From Gammaproteobacteria bacterium (GTDB lineage: Bacteria; Pseudomonadota; Gammaproteobacteria; Ga0077536), in the NCBI GenBank assembly GCA_963662545.2, contig CAXXLL010000002.1:2464001-2528000 (forward strand): DNA of 64,000 bases, read 5' to 3'. A program made the position numbers and the translations under genes. The first letter of the stretch is position 1. Each line of letters opens with the position of its first letter. The notes beneath the pieces are model-generated. The model saw only the letters and a list, made by a program, of their open reading frames with translations, was not told where the DNA came from and did no database searches. This document shows positions 1 through 9,731 of this stretch, one piece after another.

Positions 1-80
1 CCGCCGGGTCTTACGGGTACCGGAACTGGATCCCCGGCGTTTACGCCGGCCAAGGTTTTTTTGACCGATAGCCATCCTAG

Positions 81-173
81 CAGCCGGTCGGATTTAGGAG
101 GATTCTACTGCGGCAAAAACCGACGTTTGGCAGCGAGTTGAACAACGATAGGAAATCGTTTTTCAACATCCTG
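81..173. mobile_element. IS-end / MITE remnant (family C)
   Basis: CTAG|CAGCCGGTCGGATTTAG at left and TTTTCAACATCCTG|ATAG at right; related ends recur at 30571-30585 and 53545-53561. Confidence 0.4.
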
Positions 174-203
174 ATAGTTGGGCGACGCAGGAATTGTAAA
201 CAA

Positions 204-234
204 TAAAAAAGCCCTTCCCTGGGGGGAAGAGCTT
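204..234 (-). terminator. Rho-independent terminator downstream of the histone-like gene
   Basis: minus strand AAGCTCTTCCC-CCCA-GGGAAGGGCTT followed by a T-run. Confidence 0.7.
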
Positions 235-308
235 CAATCATTAAGCAGTTGAACTGCGGGTTGTAGCCGAACCGTTAGGCTCGGTTCGCCGGTGGCGGGA
301 ATTTCGTC

Positions 309-847
309 TCACGAAAGCTTATGCTTCCGGTCGTACTCCCTTTCCCACCTCCTTGCGAAACTTTCCACGGCCCTTTGCATGGCTGCGCGCTTCCTTTGCT
401 CGGCTATCCTTTGCTTCGCTGCCTCTCTGCGAGCTGCGAGTCGGGCGCGGACTTCGGCTTTCTTCGCCTGTAGCCCCTCGCGCTCATCAGGTTGGCTGTC
501 GCGCGCCGCTACTTTTTTTGTGCAGCTTTACGTCTGCGCGGCGCCTTCCGACGAGCCTTTTTCTTGGCTACCTTCTTTTTAGCCCGCCGTTTTTTAGTCG
601 GCTTCTTTTTGGCAGCTTTGCGTCGAGTGGCCTTCTTTTTGGCCGCCTTCTTCCTAGTTGCCTTTTTCTTGGTCACCTTGCGCCGAGTCGCCTTCTTCTT
701 GGTACCTTTGCGCCGAGTTGCCTTCTTCTTGGCAACCTTGGCAACCTTCCTCTTAGCTACCTTCCTCTTCGCGGTTTTCTTTCTTCCCGCGGAGGCTTTT
801 CTCCTCGTCGACTTCTTCTTTGCCGCCTTCTTTCTCGCTTTCGCCAT
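309..847 (-). CDS. Histone H1-like Lys/Ala/Arg-rich nucleoid protein. The zero frame ends at 509 (112 aa); the -1 frame continues to 309 (~179 aa)
   Basis: MAKARKKAAKKK, repeated KKATRRK; A-AAA-AAG-TAG at 509-518 followed by an open 67-codon -1 frame. Confidence 0.75.
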
Positions 848-1027
848 AGTTAAGGCCCCCTTTAACGTACGGTTGAAATTAATAACGCAACACCACAGTG
901 GCTTATATACATCACAACTCAAAAAACTTCAATCAATTCGCAGTAATATTTTGCAGTCAATCCAAATTTGCTGGTGGATTCGCAACACTTCACGCTTGCA
1001 GAGTTCATCGACGGTTTCCTCAATAAC

Positions 1028-1741
<714 letters not shown>

Positions 1742-1854
1742 TCATTCTCAATGATCGTTCGATGGTGTGTCGACACACGGAACATCGAAATGATCCCGTT
1801 CAGTTAAACTCGTGCACAATTACTCGGGGCGAACGACTCCTCGCCCACTAGCCG

Positions 1855-2226
1855 ATGAAATTCAACATAGAAGACAGTCCCGGTTCGTTCCGTATCTCGG
1901 CTTACGCACCGGGATGGATTCGCGTACACAATACAGTCATTGAGTCACCGTGCGTGATCACACCGACCGCCATACTTGAAGACCTGTTGCCAGCGACGCT
2001 TGAAGCCGTAAATGCTTCTCACTTCGATAGCCTTCTCGATCTGGCACCGGAGATTGTCATCATGGGTACTGGCAAGCAACAGGTGTTTATCGACTACAAC
2101 TTCGTCCAAATACTCGCGCGACAAAACGTTGGTCTTGAATTCATGGACACCGGTGCCGCTTGCCGTTCGTTCAATATCCTGCTTTCGGAAGGACGCGCGG
2201 TCATAGCGGCCCTATTCATGATTTAA
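1855..2226 (+). CDS. Mth938-like (DUF498) protein
   Basis: PEIVIMGTG and EFMDTGAACRSFNILLSEGR motifs. Confidence 0.9.
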   Translation: MKFNIEDSPGSFRISAYAPGWIRVHNTVIESPCVITPTAILEDLLPATLEAVNASHFDSLLDLAPEIVIMGTGKQQVFIDYNFVQILARQNVGLEFMDTGAACRSFNILLSEGRAVIAALFMI

Positions 2227-2388
2227 GGAACCTCTGAATAAGTCATGGTGCGTCTGAATGGTTCATGCAATGGTGCAGATCAAGGCACGAAGCGCAGTCA
2301 ATAGCGGGGACTATGGGCAAGGTTCGTAACGTAAGGCTCCGCCATTTCATGGGCAAGGCAGATGGGCCATGACTTATTCAGAGGTTCC
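2227..2388 (+). mobile_element. MITE-A copy 1 (162 bp)
   Basis: perfect 22-bp TIR GGAACCTCTGAATAAGTCATGG; flanks TTAA/TTGA; abuts the TAA stop of the Mth938 gene. Confidence 0.92.
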
Positions 2389-2419
2389 TTGAATATGGGG
2401 AGCGCAGTTGTTCAGCTTC

Positions 2420-3352
2420 TCATACCTCCGCAAACAGCGCGTCGACGGAGAATCCCTCGCGCTCAAGTATCTGGCGCAGCCGCTTGAGGGCCTCGATTTG
2501 AATCTGCCTGACCCGCTCGCGCGTAACTCCGATCTCGTTGCCAACTTCTTCGAGCGTGCCGATTTCGCGGCCGTAAAGCCCGAACCGACGTTCGACCACC
2601 GCGCGCTGTTTTTCGTTGAGTTGCGCCAACCATATGTCGATATGCCGTTGCACGTCATCGTTTTGCAGGATGGTGGCAGGATCCGGGTTCTGTTCGTCAG
2701 GTATCGTGTCGAGCAGGGAACGGTCCGAATCGCGTTCGGCGGGCACATCTACTGATGCGATCCTCTCATTCAGCCCCAGCATGCGTTTGACGTCCTCGAT
2801 CGGTCGATCGAGCATGTTTGCGACGTCCTCAGGATTCGGTTCTCGATCGAGCTTCTGAGCCAACTGCCGCGCTGCACGCAGGTAGATATTGATCTCCTTG
2901 ATGACGTGTATGGGCAACCGGATAGTTCGGGTCTGATTCATCAGCGCTCGTTCGATCGTTTGCCGGATCCACCAGGTTGCATAGGTCGAGAAACGAAAAC
3001 CGAGCTCGGGATCGAACTTCTCCACCGCACGGATCAGCCCGAGGTTGCCCTCTTCGATGAGATCCAAAAGCGCGAGTCCGCGATTCATGTATCGTCGAGC
3101 GATCTTGACCACCAGGCGAAGATTGCTCTCGATCATGCGCTTGCGCGCCGCCTCGTTGCCCTTCAGGGAGAGCCTCGAATACTTGACTTCTTCAGCCGCA
3201 CTCAGCAGCGGCGAGAACCCAATCTCATTGAGGTAGAGGCGCGTCGCATCCATGTCGCCGTGCGAGACCTCGCCGGCCTTATATTTGTTGGTATCTTTGG
3301 TATCGGTTTCGTCGGCGGTGCTGGCAGGCAAACTCGAATCCGCTTCGTTCAT
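2420..3352 (-). CDS. rpoS: RNA polymerase sigma factor RpoS (true start may be 3638, see findings)
   Basis: [50 protein letters not shown]; lies downstream of nlpD. Confidence 0.96.
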   Translation of the reverse strand: MNEADSSLPASTADETDTKDTNKYKAGEVSHGDMDATRLYLNEIGFSPLLSAAEEVKYSRLSLKGNEAARKRMIESNLRLVVKIARRYMNRGLALLDLIEEGNLGLIRAVEKFDPELGFRFSTYATWWIRQTIERALMNQTRTIRLPIHVIKEINIYLRAARQLAQKLDREPNPEDVANMLDRPIEDVKRMLGLNERIASVDVPAERDSDRSLLDTIPDEQNPDPATILQNDDVQRHIDIWLAQLNEKQRAVVERRFGLYGREIGTLEEVGNEIGVTRERVRQIQIEALKRLRQILEREGFSVDALFAEV

Positions 3353-3430
3353 GTCTTGGAGTTGACTTTCGGACTCGGTGATATTGTCGTCGAGTTCAGC
3401 GTCTTTGGCCTTGGCTTTAGCCTTGGTGTT

Positions 3431-3563
3431 GGCTTTAACCTTAGCTTTAACCTTAGCTTTAACCTTAGCTTTAACCTTAGCTTTAACCTTAGCTTTAACC
3501 TTGGCTTTAACCTTGCTTTAACCTTAGCTTTTTGGCTTTGGCTTTGGCTTTGGCTTTGGCCTT
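3431..3563. repeat. Tandem repeats: 7 x 12 bp RGCTTTAACCTT, one 11-bp unit, then ~5 x 6 bp GGCTTT
   Basis: read directly; encodes (AKVK)n and (AK)n on the minus strand. Confidence 0.95.
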
Positions 3564-3653
3564 ACCCGCGCCACCCGCCCGTGCGCGACGCCCGCTATTT
3601 GCGCCCGATCCTTTGTTCTTGATGCGCGGGCCCGCCATTGGTATCTCGGAGTG

Positions 3654-4451
3654 TTATCTTTTCGGCAGAAACTTCAGTGGATCGACCGCCTTGCCGTTTC
3701 TTCGAATTTCAAAATGCAACATCACGTCCTTGGCATCCGTATCGCCCATACGGGCGATCAATTCGCCGGCATTTACGCGTCGCCCTTCTGGAACCAGGCG
3801 CGTATCGTTGTGCGCGTACGCGCTAAGATACGTTTCGTTGTGCTTAATGATAATAAGCTCTCCGTAGCCCCGTAGTCCACTTCCGCTATAGACGACCGTA
3901 CCCGGCGCAGCGGCTATGACAGCCTGACCTATTGCGCCGTGGATTTCGATGCCTTTGGAACCTGATACCGTCGCGGCGGATTTCGTTCTCCCCTGCGTCG
4001 GCCAAACCCACCGAATGGGCAACGATGGGAGCATTTTTTTTGGGCTTTTCGCGTCGACTGCAATTGCTTTAATTGCAGTGGATTTTTTCGACGAGTTCGG
4101 TTTCGATGAAGCGGCGGGGCTGGGCGGCGCCCGCAGACGAAGTTTCTGTCCGACAAAGATCAGATCCGGGTTACTCAATTCATTCCACTTCACGAGATCT
4201 CGGTAATCGATACGGTATCGCCACGCGACAGCGTGCAAGGTGTCGCCTTTCGCTACGATGTATATAGCGGGCCGCAAAGCAGGAAGCTTTGACTTGCGCG
4301 GCCGCGGCGTCGATTTCGTAATGCGCTGCCGGTGCTCGGCCGCCAGCGTCTTCTGATCGATAGGGGCATAGCTCGTGCTTGCGCATCCGGTAGCCAGCGC
4401 AATGACGAGGCTGTAAAGAACTAGAAATGCTCGGCGAGGTCTAAGCCTCAT
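3654..4451 (-). CDS. nlpD: Lipoprotein NlpD (LysM + M23 peptidase-like)
   Basis: lipobox LATGC, LysM (KGDTL...LIFVGQKL), GLRGYGELIIIKH, AYAHN, LHFEIR; pcm-nlpD-rpoS order. Confidence 0.92.
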   Translation of the reverse strand: MRLRPRRAFLVLYSLVIALATGCASTSYAPIDQKTLAAEHRQRITKSTPRPRKSKLPALRPAIYIVAKGDTLHAVAWRYRIDYRDLVKWNELSNPDLIFVGQKLRLRAPPSPAASSKPNSSKKSTAIKAIAVDAKSPKKMLPSLPIRWVWPTQGRTKSAATVSGSKGIEIHGAIGQAVIAAAPGTVVYSGSGLRGYGELIIIKHNETYLSAYAHNDTRLVPEGRRVNAGELIARMGDTDAKDVMLHFEIRRNGKAVDPLKFLPKR

Positions 4452-4457
4452 AAACCG

Positions 4458-5114
4458 CTAACTCACGCCTTCGAGTAGTGGAACGAAGCTTACCCGTTCC
4501 AGTATCTCCTCATCGATACCCCCGTTGTTTTTCGTGTAAAGACGAAGATCCTGAAAACCGGCGCGTCCTATCGGGATGATGAGGCGTCCGCCTGGCGCCA
4601 ACTGATCGAACAACCCTTCGGGCACTCCGACCGGCGCCGCAGCGACCAAAATTCCGTCGAACGGCCCGTTGGCGGGCCATCCCCGGTAGCCATCGCCGTG
4701 GCGAACACGGACGTTCGATATGCGCAGTTCGTGCAGCCGTGTTCTAAGTCGATTGGCCAGGGCTGCAATACGCTCGATCGCGAATACGCGCTCGGCCATA
4801 TGGGCAAGGATTGCGCTTTGATAACCGCAGCCGGCGCCAATTTCAAGTACTTTATCGCGTGTCCCCGTGGCATAGAGTGCTTGGGTCATCGCAGCGACGA
4901 TGTACGGCTGAGAGATCGTTTGTCCGTAGCCTATGGGCAGCGCTGTGTTCTCGTAAGCACGGCTGGCAAGCGCCTCATCGACAAACAGATGCCGAGGTGT
5001 CGTGCGCATGATTTCGAGTACGGCCTCATTGTTGATCCCCATGCTTCTCAACTGTTCGACCAGCCGGTTGCGGGCCCTTTGCGAGGTCATGCCTATCCCG
5101 CGCGGATCAGCCAC
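4458..5114 (-). CDS. pcm: Protein-L-isoaspartate O-methyltransferase
   Basis: GIGMTSQR, PRHLF, QTISQPYIVA, VLEIGAGCGYQ, FVPL. Confidence 0.95.
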   Translation of the reverse strand: MADPRGIGMTSQRARNRLVEQLRSMGINNEAVLEIMRTTPRHLFVDEALASRAYENTALPIGYGQTISQPYIVAAMTQALYATGTRDKVLEIGAGCGYQSAILAHMAERVFAIERIAALANRLRTRLHELRISNVRVRHGDGYRGWPANGPFDGILVAAAPVGVPEGLFDQLAPGGRLIIPIGRAGFQDLRLYTKNNGGIDEEILERVSFVPLLEGVS

Positions 5115-5244
5115 TCGCTTTTACGCCCTCTGGAAGCACGTTACAAATCGTCCACACAGGAGCCCGCGTGCGGGCAAAATGAAATCTGTTCCGTAATGCG
5201 CAACAGATGTTTAGCATCTATCTTGAAATTATACGGGTGCACGT

Positions 5245-6153
5245 TCAAGCGACCTTCAGCAGAAATTCGAGCAACGCTTTTTGAGCGTGAAGCCGGTTGC
5301 CCGCCTCATCCCACACTACGCTGTTTGGGTGGTCGATCACTTCTGCCGTCACTTCCTCGCCTCGGTGGGCGGGTAAACAATGCATGAACAAGACGTCCGG
5401 GGCTGCTAGAGACAGGAGATCGGCGGTAACCTGAAACGGTTGAAATACTTCTTTACGCGCTTCGCGCTCCTCCTCCTGCCCCATGCTGGCCCACACATCG
5501 GTAACTACCAGATGCGCATCCCTCACCGCCTGCTTTGCGTCATGCATGAATTCGACCGGAGCATTTTCGGAGAACGCGTCTCGTCCGCTCGGCGTGAAGC
5601 CCTCCGGTGTCGCCACCCTGAGATCGAAATCCATCAGGTTCGCGGCGTTGATGTAGGAATTGCACATGTTGTTCCCGTCGCCGACCCAGGCGACTTTGCG
5701 GCGCCGAATATCCCCGCGATGTTCATGGAAAGTCATGAGGTCGGCGAGTACTTGGCAGGGATGCAGACTGTTGGTCAGGCCGTTGATAACCGGCACGCTC
5801 GAATGTGCCGCGATACGCTCGACGATTTCATGCTCATAAGTTCGAACCATGATGGCGTCCGACATTTCCGCGAGGACACGAGCAGTGTCCTCTGGCGGTT
5901 CACCCCGGCCGACCTGTGATTCCCTGGTCGAAAGGAAAATTGCCTTACCGCCACCCTCTGCCATCACCGCCTCGAAAGATACGCGGGTACGGGTTGAAGA
6001 TTTTTCGAAGATCATTGCGAGCACCCGGCGTTCGAACAACGGCGGCCGGCGTCCTTCGCGGCGCCAGCGCTTGAGTTCTACCGCTCGTTTGAGCAGATGC
6101 AGGACTTCCTGTCGGTCGAGATCCAATAACGATAGGAAATGACGCACTGACAT
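5245..6153 (-). CDS. argF: Ornithine carbamoyltransferase
   Basis: FEKSSTRTR, HPCQ, DVWASMG, FMHCLP. Confidence 0.96.
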   Translation of the reverse strand: MSVRHFLSLLDLDRQEVLHLLKRAVELKRWRREGRRPPLFERRVLAMIFEKSSTRTRVSFEAVMAEGGGKAIFLSTRESQVGRGEPPEDTARVLAEMSDAIMVRTYEHEIVERIAAHSSVPVINGLTNSLHPCQVLADLMTFHEHRGDIRRRKVAWVGDGNNMCNSYINAANLMDFDLRVATPEGFTPSGRDAFSENAPVEFMHDAKQAVRDAHLVVTDVWASMGQEEEREARKEVFQPFQVTADLLSLAAPDVLFMHCLPAHRGEEVTAEVIDHPNSVVWDEAGNRLHAQKALLEFLLKVA

Positions 6154-6167
6154 CGTGAATCACCAGT

Positions 6168-7358
6168 TTATGATGCTTTTTCGGTAAAGTTACTCACCAG
6201 TCGCACCACCTGCGACACGACTTTGCGCGCTTCTTCGTCGCTCATGATCAAGGGCGGCAGCAGTCGGACCACGCTATCTGCGGTAACGTTCAGTAAGAGA
6301 CCGTCGTCAAGCGCAAGCTTGACAAGGTCTGCGCACGGGCGGTCGAGTTCGATGCCGAGCATAAGGCCGAGACCGCGAATACTCTTGACCGCCGGATTGC
6401 CGTTCAAGGCATCGCCGAATTCGTCCCGCATCATCCGTCCGAGTTCGGCCGCCCGGTCGACCAAGCCATCGCGTTCGATCACCTCGATCACTGCAAGTGC
6501 GGCGCTCGCCGCGAGCGGATTGCCGCCGAAGGTCGATCCGTGCGTGCCGGGCTGTAAAACGTCCGCCGCAGCCCCCGCCGCGATACAGACCCCGATGGGG
6601 ACTCCATTGCCGAGCGCCTTGGCCAAGGTGATCACGTCGGGCGTGACGCCTTCGTGCTGAAAGCCGAACCAAAGGCCGGTGCGCCCCATGCCGGACTGCA
6701 CCTCGTCTATCATCAACAGCAGGCCGCGGTCGTCGCACAGCTTGCGCAATGCCGACAAGTACCGGGCTTTGGGAACGACGATGCCGCCTTCACCCAGAAC
6801 AGGTTCGACGAGTACGGCGACGACGTCAAGCTTACCCGCGGCTTCACCAACGGCATCGATGTCATCGAAGGGAACGTGTACGAACCCGTCTACCAATGGT
6901 TGAAATCCCGCGTGAACTTTTGGGTTGCCGGTAGCGCTCAAAGTCGCCATGGTGCGACCGTGGAAGCTGCCGTCCATCACGATCACCGCCGGCCGGTCGA
7001 TGCCTTTTTCGTGCCCGAACTTACGCGCGATCTTGATCGCAGCTTCATTCGCTTCGGCGCCCGAATTGCAGAAGAATACGCGCTCCATATCCGCTAGCGT
7101 GGTGAGCTTGTGCGCGAGATCTTCCTGCAGCTCGATACGATAAAGGTTGGAAGTGTGCAGCAGTCGTTGTGCCTGTGCCGCAATCGCGGCTGCCACGTCC
7201 GGATGGGCGTGACCCAATCCGCACACCGCAATCCCGCTCAAGGCGTCGAAGTATTCCTTGCCGTCGGTATCCCATAAATACGGCCCGCGACCATGGGTAA
7301 AACTCACGTCGAGCCGTCGGTAGGTTGCCATCAATGCCGAATCCCGAGTTGCAGTCAT
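6168..7358 (-). CDS. argD: Acetylornithine aminotransferase
   Basis: NSGAEANE, FHGRT, DEVQSG, TLAKALG, HGSTFGG; co-oriented with argF. Confidence 0.93.
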   Translation of the reverse strand: MTATRDSALMATYRRLDVSFTHGRGPYLWDTDGKEYFDALSGIAVCGLGHAHPDVAAAIAAQAQRLLHTSNLYRIELQEDLAHKLTTLADMERVFFCNSGAEANEAAIKIARKFGHEKGIDRPAVIVMDGSFHGRTMATLSATGNPKVHAGFQPLVDGFVHVPFDDIDAVGEAAGKLDVVAVLVEPVLGEGGIVVPKARYLSALRKLCDDRGLLLMIDEVQSGMGRTGLWFGFQHEGVTPDVITLAKALGNGVPIGVCIAAGAAADVLQPGTHGSTFGGNPLAASAALAVIEVIERDGLVDRAAELGRMMRDEFGDALNGNPAVKSIRGLGLMLGIELDRPCADLVKLALDDGLLLNVTADSVVRLLPPLIMSDEEARKVVSQVVRLVSNFTEKAS

Positions 7359-7384
7359 AGTGTCGTTTCGATCGTGCGTTTCAC

Positions 7385-7435
7385 AAAAGCGAAGCCCGAC
7401 CGCAGGGTCGGGCTTCAGCCTCTACCGGCAAGGCT
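7385..7435 (-). promoter_or_regulatory. Terminator-like hairpin(s) in the argD leader
   Basis: 11-bp stem GAAGCCCGACC/GGTCGGGCTTC followed by GCTTTT on the minus strand, ~30 bp before the argD start; adjacent AGCCT/AGGCT stem. Confidence 0.55.
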
Positions 7436-7598
7436 AATCTCGTTATCAAGCCCAGGCGAACGGCAGGTCCATCGCGACCGCGCGTTGCATGGGCTAGGCG
7501 TGTTCTGGCTAAGCAACCTCTGAATAAGTCATGGTGCGTCTGAATGGTTCATGCAATGGTGCAGATCAAGTCACGAATCGCAGGCCATAGCGGGTACT

Positions 7599-9021
7599 CA
7601 TAGGTTAGTTCTTAAGCGGCCGCATGAACATGCTGAAGGCCGAGCTTGAGTCGTCCCGAAATGCAATCGCGGTCAGGTTTTGCGCGCTGAGCGTTGCTGG
7701 CCAAATAGCGCAACGCGTGTTCGAGCGGTCGGTGTAAAGAGCGGGGCCGATGGATAAGCGTATGGAGAATGGGACCGAGCACGTGATGAATGCACTTGGC
7801 CGCGGTATGAGTCGAGATGGCGACGTTCAACCAGCGCTCGGTGACATGAGCGCAATAGCGCTGCAGCGTTGCGGCGCATAGTGCGGCCCAGATAAGCCCT
7901 TCGGCGATGTGCGGGTTGGCGGTATCAAAGGCGTGTAGATTGGCGTAAGACTTCCACTCTTTGAAGAGCAGCTCGACCTGCCAGCGTAATCGATACGCGT
8001 CGCTAATATGCTCGGGCGTAAAGGTGGTGGCGTCGAGATTGGTGATGAGATAACGAGGTGCTGCACCTTTTTTAAGGTTGGGGTGCACGACTAAACGACA
8101 GGTCCAGGGTCCCTGCACGCCGTCGAATTGCACGGCCATGTCGAGGCAATCGAAGCGCTTTAAGGTCGATGCCACCGCTTTCAATCGCTGCTTGTCAAAG
8201 CGTTTGACCCGCCGCCCATCGGCGCGACGAGCGGCAACGATCAGCGGATTGATGCCCTGACCCGCGCGCACGATGAAATGGCCGCCGGCGGTGTCGAGCG
8301 CTTCAAAGTAAGGCCGTGCGAAGTAGCCACGGTCGGCCAGCAACAAACCGCCAGCGACCTCTTCAACCGCCGGCAAGAACTGCCGCTCTGCTGAGCTGTC
8401 AGGGCTGAGTACGACCTCGTTCAGGGTCTCACTGAGCAGGTCGAGATCGGCATGGAGTTCCACCGCGGCGGGACTCACGGTCGTGAAGCGACCGGGAAAG
8501 CTGTCCTTCAGCGCCGGTTTTAACGCAAACGAGGTGCCGTCCTGGATGCGGATGTGGTCAAACTGCGCAAATGGGCTGTTGGGTTCGAATCGGAGGACAT
8601 CGCAGGCCAGGCCATTGAGCAATTCGCTTAGCAGCGCTTGCATAAACATCGGAAACTGTTTTTTGGCGAGCTGATTATGAAACGGTTTGTAGCGCACCGT
8701 GGTCGAGCACAGCGCATTGAAAGCGCGTTGAATATCAGCGATACAGCTCGCTGAGTGCCCGGCGAAGCTTTCGATTAGGCTTACCGCTAAACGGAACGGC
8801 GTGACCTCCCTTTCTCGGCGACAGAATCGCGTTGCACGCCCCAAGTCGTTGAGCGTACGCTCGCCTAGCGTGCGTTTTAACTGCCGGCTCACTGTGCTAG
8901 TTTCGCTGTGCTTCATCCGATACTCCCAGATCACGAAGTCGATTGGTGTTGATTTCATGATCTGATCGGATGGAGCGCTTTTGGTTCCCTCTTTTCAACG
9001 GGTTATAAGATCCGACCTATG
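7599..9021 (-). mobile_element. IS4-family insertion sequence, 1423 bp
   Basis: TIR CATAGGTTAGTTCTTA vs CATAGGTCGGATCTTA (13/16); 10-bp target duplication AGCGGGTACT at 7589-7598 and 9022-9031. Confidence 0.93.
7612..8958 (-). CDS. IS4-family DDE transposase (start may be 8916)
   Basis: IQDGT, LADRGY, and YRLRWQVELLFKEWK (Y-2-R-3-E-6-K signature). Confidence 0.95.
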   Translation of the reverse strand: MKSTPIDFVIWEYRMKHSETSTVSRQLKRTLGERTLNDLGRATRFCRREREVTPFRLAVSLIESFAGHSASCIADIQRAFNALCSTTVRYKPFHNQLAKKQFPMFMQALLSELLNGLACDVLRFEPNSPFAQFDHIRIQDGTSFALKPALKDSFPGRFTTVSPAAVELHADLDLLSETLNEVVLSPDSSAERQFLPAVEEVAGGLLLADRGYFARPYFEALDTAGGHFIVRAGQGINPLIVAARRADGRRVKRFDKQRLKAVASTLKRFDCLDMAVQFDGVQGPWTCRLVVHPNLKKGAAPRYLITNLDATTFTPEHISDAYRLRWQVELLFKEWKSYANLHAFDTANPHIAEGLIWAALCAATLQRYCAHVTERWLNVAISTHTAAKCIHHVLGPILHTLIHRPRSLHRPLEHALRYLASNAQRAKPDRDCISGRLKLGLQHVHAAA

Positions 9022-9389
9022 AGCGGGTACTAGGGCTAAGGTTCGTAACGTAAGGCTCCGCGATTTCATGGACAAGGCAGATGGGCCATGACTTATTCAG
9101 AGGTTCCTTAATGCATTGTCCGCAAGAGCTCGCCACGATGCAACTCCTGATAGCGGGAAAACCCAATGGAAACGGCACGATAGGACGCATTGAACCACGC
9201 TCCAACCGGCCTGTAACGGTTGGCGCCACGCGCCCTTCAGCGATGGACTTCTTGAGGAGATCTCGTAGCTAGCGGAATGTTTGCAGTGCTTCGGGGGGGT
9301 CTTGTAAGGCGAGGAGGTATATTAAAATAGAACTCAAGCAATTAGACTCAGTCTATTAGGGTCAGTGCTTTCCCATACGAGGACACCGA

Positions 9390-9704
9390 ATGGATCCCAT
9401 TGAACGCATTAGAAACATTGTCGAATCGAACCCGATCGTGTTATTCATGAAAGGTACGCCACAATTCCCCCAGTGCGGGTTTTCCATGCGTACCTGTGAG
9501 GCCCTCAAAGCCTGCGGGGTCGATTATCACCACGTCGATATACTGGCCGAGCCGGAAATTCGCCAGCACCTGCCGCAGTATTCGAAGTGGCCGACTTTTC
9601 CTCAGCTTTTTGTCGGCGGCGAGTTGGTCGGCGGCTGCGATATAGTGATGGGCATGTATCAAAGCGGCGATCTGGAACGCGTAACGCAAGAAGCGACTGC
9701 CTGA
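9390..9704 (+). CDS. grxD: Monothiol glutaredoxin Grx4
   Basis: LFMKGTP, CGFS, WPTFPQL, GGCDI. Confidence 0.96.
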   Translation: MDPIERIRNIVESNPIVLFMKGTPQFPQCGFSMRTCEALKACGVDYHHVDILAEPEIRQHLPQYSKWPTFPQLFVGGELVGGCDIVMGMYQSGDLERVTQEATA

Positions 9705-9731
9705 GCCGACGGGCCGGGCGGCACCTCCGTC

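Larger units (their letters stand above)
7513..9107 (+). mobile_element. MITE-A copy 2, split by IS4 (7513-7598 + 9032-9107 = 162 bp)
   Basis: both halves match copy 1; flanks CTAA/TTAA. Confidence 0.92.

Noticed and set aside
3431-3563. Tandem repeat as a CRISPR array or iterons
   Set aside because: The units are contiguous 12- and 6-bp repeats without spacers and are in frame with rpoS.
2906-3867. Plus-strand ORFs with (SFNL)n and (AL)n repeats
   Set aside because: They are antisense shadows of rpoS, its extension and nlpD.
9017-9272. Short ORFs sharing NLFRGSL / EPLNK motifs (also at 18215-18418 and 21829-22143)
   Set aside because: The shared peptides are translations of the MITE-A ends. 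For the same reason the starts at 18297 and 22147 were moved downstream.
9326-9366. Possible IscR-type site upstream of grxD
   Set aside because: Only a partial dyad (AATAGA...TCTATT); the match is too weak to call without a matrix scan.
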